A DNA stretch of 64,000 bases from Ginglymostoma cirratum. Its lineage: Eukaryota. Numbering within the stretch: the stretch's first letter is position 1; each line of letters starts with the position of its first letter. Positions 52,001 through 61,000 of the stretch are shown in pieces. Made by a program: the position numbers and the translations under genes. Under the pieces are notes generated by a model. The model saw only the letters and a program-made list of their open reading frames with translations. It made no database searches and was not told the DNA's origin. The stretch covers positions 26,969,216 to 27,033,215 of the forward strand of contig JAHRHZ010000009.1 of assembly GCA_024137785.1 (NCBI GenBank), in the 5' to 3' direction.

Positions 52001-55000
52001 GTGCTATACTGATTTAACCAAAGATAAGGAGAGGGGAAGAGTATTAAGCATACAAGGAAAAATCCAACCAGTTCTCTGGTGGGAACGGAGAAATGGAAGT
52101 TACATTTTCAGACCCGGACGATTATAAATCTACTCTATAGACATTATCATGTTTGACCGTATGTCTGGGAAGCTTTACTGATTATATTATCAGTGCTTAG
52201 AAAAAATGCAGATAAATATTGGGGAAGTGAGATATGGACTAATTTGTTGCGCTCATTAAAGGAACAAAGAAAAAATTATGATTAGGGACTAGAGGAATAT
52301 AGGATATATTTTACTGAGATGCAACAAGTAATTGATTATGTTTTTATGTCAGCCCTCCAAATGAGCATCTTTCCGAGGATGGTGATTCATACCGATCTCC
52401 AAGTTATTCAAAGATCAGGAACTCCAGGTATGCTGCCATTTTCAACACTGTACTCAAATTTGTTTTCTTCTTGAGCATATAACGACTTTAAAAACTGGGA
52501 TGGCCATCCTCAATTCTGACTTGAAGCAAATGTTAAAACTCACTTTTGAGGTCACAGAAAGTTAATTGGATGGACAGATTGAAATTTGGGGTAATATTTG
52601 ATGATGGTAAGCAGAGAGAATTGTTGTAAATTAAATGCACTGTATTGATATTTCTCATTATCTGAATAGCGCTCTGAAATTTAGCACGCCTGTAACTGTG
52701 AAGTAACATATCTGCTCAAAAATGGTTTTTTTGCAACAATTACTCACAATAAACCTATCTTGTCTCCTGGGCCCATAGTCCTTTCCATTCCAACCTCAAA
52801 ACTGATAATTCTTTATTTCATTCAATGGTGCTAGCAGCGGCCCAATTTTTGCCCTGCCTTCCTTCTGGGTTTGTCTGTCACACACTGACTCCGTGATAAG
52901 GAGATACTGATCCCAATATCTGGAACTCATCCAGTCACTCTATTCTGGCACAATCTCTCAAATTTCAAATTACAGGTGAGGTGAGATGTTTAAGGGAGAC
53001 AATTCTAAATGCTTAGGTCCAGTTAACTGTGAGCATGCATCAGAGGAACAGAACCTCATAGGGATAGAATTTGAATCTTGCTGTGCCTGGTTTTGACTGT
53101 AACAGGTCATAATTTTGCAGGCCAAAGCCATGTCAGTTGTATAAGGCTATTGTTCTGAAGGTGTGAATGTTCATGTTGCCTTGAGTTCCATCCAATCTCA
53201 TAATGTTGCACACAGTCTGAAACGGGAGACAAGGAGTTCACCTTCATAGGGAACAGATGATTTTGTACAAGATTCAGAGAGTCCTAATAATTACTGAATG
53301 TCTGAATTGTAACGTAGTTGTACTCAGTGATATCATGCAATAAACCATGGTATTAACTAGAACAGTTCCTATTTGAAAAGACTCCACCTTGGAGGATCTG
53401 ATACCGTTATTATACAGTCCCTAGGCAAAGTGTAGACAAAGATGGCAGCAAGCTATCTCAAACAGTTCTTGCTCTGACCCACATAATGGCAGAGGTAGCA
53501 GATACCACAAAGTGGTAACAGTGGTAATCAGGGCAGATACTATATCGTGACCCAACGAACTCTGAAAAATCTCAGATCTGAAATTGACTCAAACTTCTTT
53601 CACCTCTGGCACAGCTCAAGGCATTTAAACTGCCATTACAAATAACAGAAGAGGTGCCAGCACCCTATTTGTTAACTTCTCTGTCTCGCTCCTGCTTCTA
53701 ATACTAAACCCTGCCATTCCACCACCTTCCCCCAAAACTGTGCCCTGCTGATATTTAAAAAGGTTGGTAACTGGTGGTGAAAGAACTGGCCCTTGGCAGC
53801 TTGTGTCTTTAGTTCTTGTAAGGCTACAGGCCTAGTTTTTGTTTTGGCCTCAGGTTTCCTTGTTTCTACTGTAAGCAAAGCGCCAATTTAGGCCTAATGG
53901 AAAAATATAGGTCCGTATGATATAGTGAAAGAATAACAATGCAATTAATTCTTTGTTTCTATAGCTCATCTCTCTCTGATGGCAAGAGTCCTGCAAAAGT
54001 GATAAGTTTAACCACTGCCTTCACCAGCGCTGAACAGTAAGATGAAACATATTATTTTTAACGTCCTAATTTTGTTGAGTTTGTCTACTATAATGTTGGC
54101 ATTCATCAGGAATGCTAAGAGACAATGATCCAGGGTAGATACCAAGGCAATCACAGGTTTGTAACAGCCTTTAACTATGTGCTGAAAGATGTGCCAAGTT
54201 GTGAGACAAAGTAAAGGTACTTGCATTGCAGTCCAATTAGCTTAAATAAAAACCAAAAGAACTGCGATGCTGTAAATCAGGAACAAAACCAAAGTTGCTG
54301 GAAAAGCTCAGCAGGTCTGGCAGCATCTGTGAAGGGAAAAACAGAGTTAATGTTTTGGGTCCGGTGACCCTTCCCCAGAACTTAAACGTTAACTCTGTTT
54401 TCTCCTTGACAGATGCTGCCAGACCTGCTTTGCTTTTCCAGCAACTTTGGTTTTGTTCCCAATTAGCTTAAACCTTGTTTTGTTTTTGGAATATTAAATA
54501 ATAAAATGTAAAATTACACACAGCATGATTTGTTGTTTTGAAAGTGGCAATTGTGGATTCAGTGAATTAAAAACCTTGGAGACTTATCCAATTCAATACA
54601 GGAGGATGAAAGCATTTTCTGTTTGCAACCTCCTTTCATTTTCTAAGTCAGTGTTTTCCAAACCTTTTCCTGCTGTGACCCTTATTTTGAAACTTGTCAC
54701 AACCCTTCCGTGAGAACTGAGAGAGTGGTGGGTTGACCGTGATAGTGGGTTTGGTTTGGAGTCGGTGATGACTATGAGAGTGGAAGACTGTTAGAGAGGG
54801 AGCACAGCTATTCTGACTCAGCCAGAGCTCCATAGCAGGCTGTACAGCCTCATAACTCTCAGTACATTACACCAAATTCTCAGCCTGTGATCCCGCTTGG
54901 GGTTGCTAACCTCAAATTGAAGAATTCTGTTTTAAGTGAAGTAAGTTAGGTGCAGTTTTTCAATCAATTCCTGATGTCAAATCACCTCTATCTTGGCATG

Positions 55001-58000
55001 AAATCATTCAGACTGAGCAAAGTGGGAGGGGGGTTCTCAGTGTTGTAGCATAATACTCTTCTGAAGTTAGTGTTAACGCAGACTGTGGCATTGGAAGAGA
55101 ACGAGTTTTACCATGCCTTTGATTTGAGAATTGCTGAGTACTGACACTTTGTGGCTGAAGTAAAATACTACAGGTCATAATTGCAATGATATTATTGATA
55201 AACTTGGCCAAGTGAGTACACAGACTATCCACAAATGTAGCCTAATCCAGCAATTAGGAAGCAGGACTTTCCTACAAATAAATCATTGCCTTTTGTAATC
55301 TGCTGGACCATCTGTCGTCAAAATGGAAACTGAACAATCAAGAAAATATAATTAATATATAAACATTTGTATGTGTTATGCCCAAAGGTACATTGGTCTG
55401 CTGATTCTTTATGCTGAACATTTTTCTATCAGTGACCATTTTCCAATATCTTCCAAGGATGGTTCAAGGAGGCAAATTCCAAGTGTATCCTAACTTAGTC
55501 CAAGCATCAAACCTAGGCATTGGCATTATTTGAGCCACATGCTAGCCACTTAGCCAACTAGTTAGTCCTGTCTAAACACACAGAGATCAAAATTAAAAAC
55601 ACTGCCTTGCAAACAGAATGAGTCATATTCTCAGGCAGGATAAAACTTAAAGGAGGCTTTTTGGTGTAATGGCTGGTGTCACTCTCTGAGTCAGAATCTG
55701 ATGACAATAGCTGGTGGAATTAAATTCAATGAATAAATCTGGAATTACAAGCTAGTCTCAGTAATAGTAATCAAGGCAACTATCATCAATTTCTGCCAAT
55801 GTGGTATACTGCATCCGCTGCACCCGTTGTGGCTTCCTCTACATCGGGGAAACCAAGCGGAGGCTTGGGGACCGCTTTGCAGAACACCTGCGCTCAGTTC
55901 GCAACAAACAACTGCACCTCCCAGTCGCGAACCATTTCAACTCCCCCTCCCATTCCTCAGATGACATGTCCATCCTTGGCCTCCTACAATGCCACAGTGA
56001 TGCCACCCGAAGGCTGCAGGAACAGCAAATCATATTCAGCCTGGGAACCCTGCAGCCCAATGGCATCAATGTGGATTTCACAAGTTTCAAAATCTCCCCT
56101 CCCCCAACCGCATCCCAAAACCAGCCCAGCTCATCTCCACCTCCCTAACCTGTTTTTCCTCTCACCTCAAGCCACACCCCCATCTCCTATCTACTAACAT
56201 CATCCCGCCCCCTTGACCTGTCCGTCCTCCCTGGACTGACCTATCTCCTCCCTACCCCCCTACCTACACTCACCTTTACTGGCTCCATCCCCGCCTCTTC
56301 GACTTGTCTGCCTCCTCTCCACCTATCCTCTCCCCCATTTCTGATGAAGGGTTTAGGCCCGAAACGTCAAGTTTTCCTGCTCCTATGATGCTGCTTGACC
56401 TGCTGTGTTCATCCAGCCCCATGCTTGTTATCTCGGATTCTCCAGCATCTGCAGTACCTTTTATCTCTGTCGTAAAATTCCATCTGGTTCACTTATTTCC
56501 TTCAGTGAAGGAAATCTTTCATTCTTACTTGGTCTGGCCTATGTGTGACATTAGGCCCACAGCAATGTGGTTGACTCTTAACAGTCCTCTGAAATGGTGG
56601 AGCAAGCCACAGAGATCAAGGGCAATAAGGAATGGACAACAAAAACTCTGCCAATGATGCCAAAGTCATGTGAAAGAATAAAGAAAAATATCACGTGGTA
56701 TTTTTATTAAAATTATTGGTAAAATATATGCCTTAAATTCTGAATAACACTTCGTAATATGTGTAATTATTGGTGTTTCAGGAAAGTGGTAACTTTCTAT
56801 TGATGTGTACTGCATGTTTATTATGTGGGTTTCTTTGGCCTCTTATTTTCTAGGTTTTCTACTTCCCTCTCTTTGACTGCCTAAAATGAAACTGACAACA
56901 GACAGTGCTGGCACATGATATATGCTGCTTTTGGTTCAGAAAAGCCAGAGACTTCCTAAGCATGATTTCACACCCACTATGAGTTTTTCCTTTTGTTCCT
57001 TTGTTGTTAAACGCCACAGTGTCTGTTTGGACTTCCAGCTCAGGAAGGGAACTATCCAAATTAAGATTTAAACTTATGCCCAGACAATGGGCAAGTGAGT
57101 GGTGCCCATTTGTTTTATCTTCATTTTCAACAAAACAATTTGCTGTTTGTTCATTTTTTTACCCTATATATCTAAACGTGCTGTGACACCAGAACAACAT
57201 AAGTGATCAGCAAAATAAAAGATAAAATGATCATCTTGTGCCTTTTGGCTTTTTCATGTTTCTCTGAAAAGTACTCCTCTCTTGGAGCAGGTAGCTCGTA
57301 TTGAGTGCTACAACAAGCAATACTTTTAGTATCTTGTCAGTAATTTTGTATAAATATTTAATTGTTTGGTTTGCAGGAGATCCTCAGATAAAAATAAGTG
57401 CAGCCAGTGTTACAAACCCATCGAACACGGTGCTAAAATGATCTTGGAAGAGCTGAACATTAATTGCCATGCTGCATGCTTTAAGGTATAAGTTGCAGAA
57501 TAACAAAACTACTTTTTCTAGATTATTGTACTGTAATGGCTAACATTAAAAACACTATAATGTGCAAACAAATATTGTTTACATCATTCACTTTTTCTTA
57601 ATTTAACCTATTTTTCTAATCAACCTATTCAGAGATATTATTACATACCTCTGGAGCAGGTGAGACTTGAATCCGGGTCTCTCGGTCCAGGGGTAGGGAC
57701 ACTACCAACTGCACCAAAAAAGAGCTCTCATACGTCATTTGCTAAGCGGTGTGGTTAATTGTTTCTACCTTTTCCCTATCAACCTGTGGGAAACAAGGAA
57801 TATCCACTTAGATTAAAGCCCTCCATTATCAATTTAGTTAACATCACAAAATCATCATGTGCACAGTCACAGGCCCATATGTATTATCTGACACTCTGCA
57901 TAATTTTGACTTCAGCTGGTGACAGGAGTTCGACCTAAAATCAAAATTCACCACTTTCTGTCAGTTTAAGCATCTCCATAAAAGATTTACTAGCCAAGCA

Positions 58001-61000
58001 TACATTGATCATAATTAGAACATTTAATGTGTTTTTAAAAAATATTCCTGACAATAAAGGAGAAAACAAGCCAGGTATTTTCTGACACCTTTCCTTATCA
58101 CTTCTCATTGGAATGAGCTGGGATTTACCAGTATCTGCTAATTTATAAAATCTCCTCCAGCAATGAAGTACTAATTGACCTCATGTGTTTCTATTTAGAC
58201 TGCCTCCTTTCCCTTTCCCTCTCCTTACTGTACTTGAACATTGGCTCTATGGGATAAGCTAATAGATCTTGCAACTAAATAACATAACCATACTTCAGAA
58301 ATGCATGGGCTGTAAGTGACACTTTGTATATCTAGCCTGTGCCTCACATAAGCAAAATTATGCACAAATTTATTTTGGCTTTGTTAAAATGTTTTTGTTC
58401 ATTGTAAAGGTGTTTACTGTGGTTCACAGAATAATTGTGATTATGCTTTTCTTATTGCAGTGCCAAATTTGCCACACCTCTCTTGAAAACTTGAGTGCTG
58501 GAGATAACTTCTGGGTTCACCAACGTGTTGTGCATTGTGAGAACTGCTATGATCAAGTAAAAGGTAAGTGGCAGAGTTAATTATGTTTAATGAGAAATCA
58601 ATCATTGCGTGGCTTCCCATGGCCTAGAACCCTGACCCCATGCTCCCTCCATTGGTTACCTCATGCAACCATCCTCAGTGCAATTGGTCAATAATGATAG
58701 CCACAGTGCTAATTCATATGCTTTTCATTATTGGAACCTCAGTAAAAAAATCTAGCAGTTGTAGGACAGTCTGCAGAAGCAGGGCACTATTCCAAATCAT
58801 AACAATACGTAGAAAGCAAAAAAGAAGAACTTGCATGAAAATGAGGCCATCACTGATCCATATAAACTTGTACTTGTCCTGTGTCTTTTATAATGCAAGC
58901 ATGTTTAAATGGACAGTTAATTTCCACTAGCAAGTATGTACAAATAACAGTGAGATGATAACCAGAGTACAATATTTTATTGAGGGATAAATACTGGACA
59001 ACGCAACAACAAAAACTCCATTTCTATTCTTCAATACAGTATCATGAGATATTTTGTCTCTATTTTAGGTTTGGGTGGGTTAAAAGTATCAGTGCAACAT
59101 TAGATTGAAAAGTGACTAATCCAATGTTTGCAACACTGTAGAACTTCAGTTGTCATTTTGATAAATTGCTCTGAGGATGGTTGTAAAAAGTAACTGGGGA
59201 TAGGGTGGTAGATTGTGAAAGACATATGCAATGAAACTTTCCAGAAACACATCCAACCAGACTGACTGACTCTAACAGTTAGCAAGATTGTCCCCTAACA
59301 CTAACCCAAAACTAGAAGAGGATGCAAGAACAAGATGTGGCACATTAACTTGAGATCAATGAGCCTGAGTTAGAATTTTGACAGAGGTGGAAAGCTGGCC
59401 TGATTTTTCTGCCAGAGAGCAGTCAGTTCACAGATACCTGTGTTCTATCATGGTTGAACTTCAAATTGAACATTCAATGAGAAATGCCTGTATCTTAAAA
59501 TGCAGACACAGGAGAAAGAACAACATCATTTTTTTTTAATAAAAGCAGAGGTTGCATGTTTTTAAATATTTGGACTGTTCATCCAAAGTCCAGAACTAGG
59601 CATATGGATATGAAGTACACACATTGCTTAATATACATCGCCCAAGTACTAATTTAATAAAATCTTTATTTTAAGAAAGGAAATAAAATTAGCACTCAAC
59701 AAGGGACTTCTGTTGTGCTGCAGGAATGGTTTAAAAATTCTTTGTAGTAGAGTTGATACTGATGTTATTCATATCAAACTCATTGCCTTAAATAGAAAAG
59801 GAAAAACTATGAAAGCTACATACACCCTTGCTTTGTCTGACCCATTAAAAATTTCAGAGCCACTGTTTGGTTCTCTTGGCTAATACATGTTAAAACTACA
59901 CCAAGAACTGGGCAAATATAACTGCATTGCCATGTTCTATATTCAATGTTATCCTGGACTGGTATTCTGTGTTTGTGATTATATTGCTGATTGCTGCATG
60001 CAGAAACAGTGAAATCACAGTTTCCGTTTACGATAAAAAGATTTTTAACTAACCTAGTCCTATGATAACCTTTACAGCATTATACAACAACTGGCTACAA
60101 ATTTTATGGAATAAATTTTGAGTTGAATCTGTTCTTTCACATTTTATCTTATTAACACTAAGCGCCATTTCATAGTGTCCTATATCCATTCACTGGAGTA
60201 GGCCTTAAACAGTATAGACTGGGGACAATGAATTCCTATCTATATTTCCATGAAAATGGGAAGAAATGTAAAATGAGCTGCTGATTTGCCATCATCTGTT
60301 TATGCCATGATACAAAATTAATATCCTTGAGAACCCTTCTGATTCTGTCTTCAGTAATGCTGAAAAGAGAAACATTTTGTCAAAGCCTTTCATCTTGTAC
60401 TCATCTGGATAATTCACAAGAAATACCAAAGGAAAGGGAAACAATATTTATATTCTTTGGGACACGACTCTGTTCTTTTACAGAAAAAAAAACTTGTAAA
60501 CTCACTAGCCTGTTTCAATTCAACAAAATAGGAGATAGCCATTCTCTGGTTAATTTTTCAGGGCAATCAAGGCAATCAGATGCTATATGCCAAACAATCA
60601 GCACTCTGCTCTCACACAATAAAAATGTTGTTTTTCCTTTTACTACTGTTTCCTGCAAATTGTTTTGATGTGTGCAAGATGGAGAATTTCAATAAAATGT
60701 GTATTTCTTCAGTAATCAAGTTGTGTCCTACAAAGTGACAATTTGTCTTCTGTCTTTGCTTCCTCTCATAATCTTTAAGTATTTAAAATCCAATTTTGGT
60801 CCAATAAACAATTTACTTGCTGATTTTCCTCATTTGTTTCTCTTCTTCATCTCTTGGTTATTTTTCATATTAAATATCTTGGCTTTAGACATGTGCTTCT
60901 TTAAAAATGGAGGCACAATTCAAGCATTTTGCATGAAAAGTAGCCTAGTTTTCAGTGACTTTTTATCTTATGTAAAGTGTATCAAGTTGTAAAAGGTGTA

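Larger units (their letters stand above)
55655..56690 (+). mobile_element. SINE of the 33846 family split by a Penelope insertion (5' part 55655-55790, 3' part 56468-56690)
   Basis: The two halves are collinear with the intact copy: ...TATCATCAAT | TGTCGTAAAATTCCATCTGGTTCAC... Confidence 0.75.

Noticed and set aside
57377-58563. Assignment to ZNF185 or another LIM family
   Set aside because: KMIL(E/D)EL, LENL-x-AGD-x-x-W and a separate five-residue last exon fit sciellin better from recalled sequences; a phylogeny is still needed.
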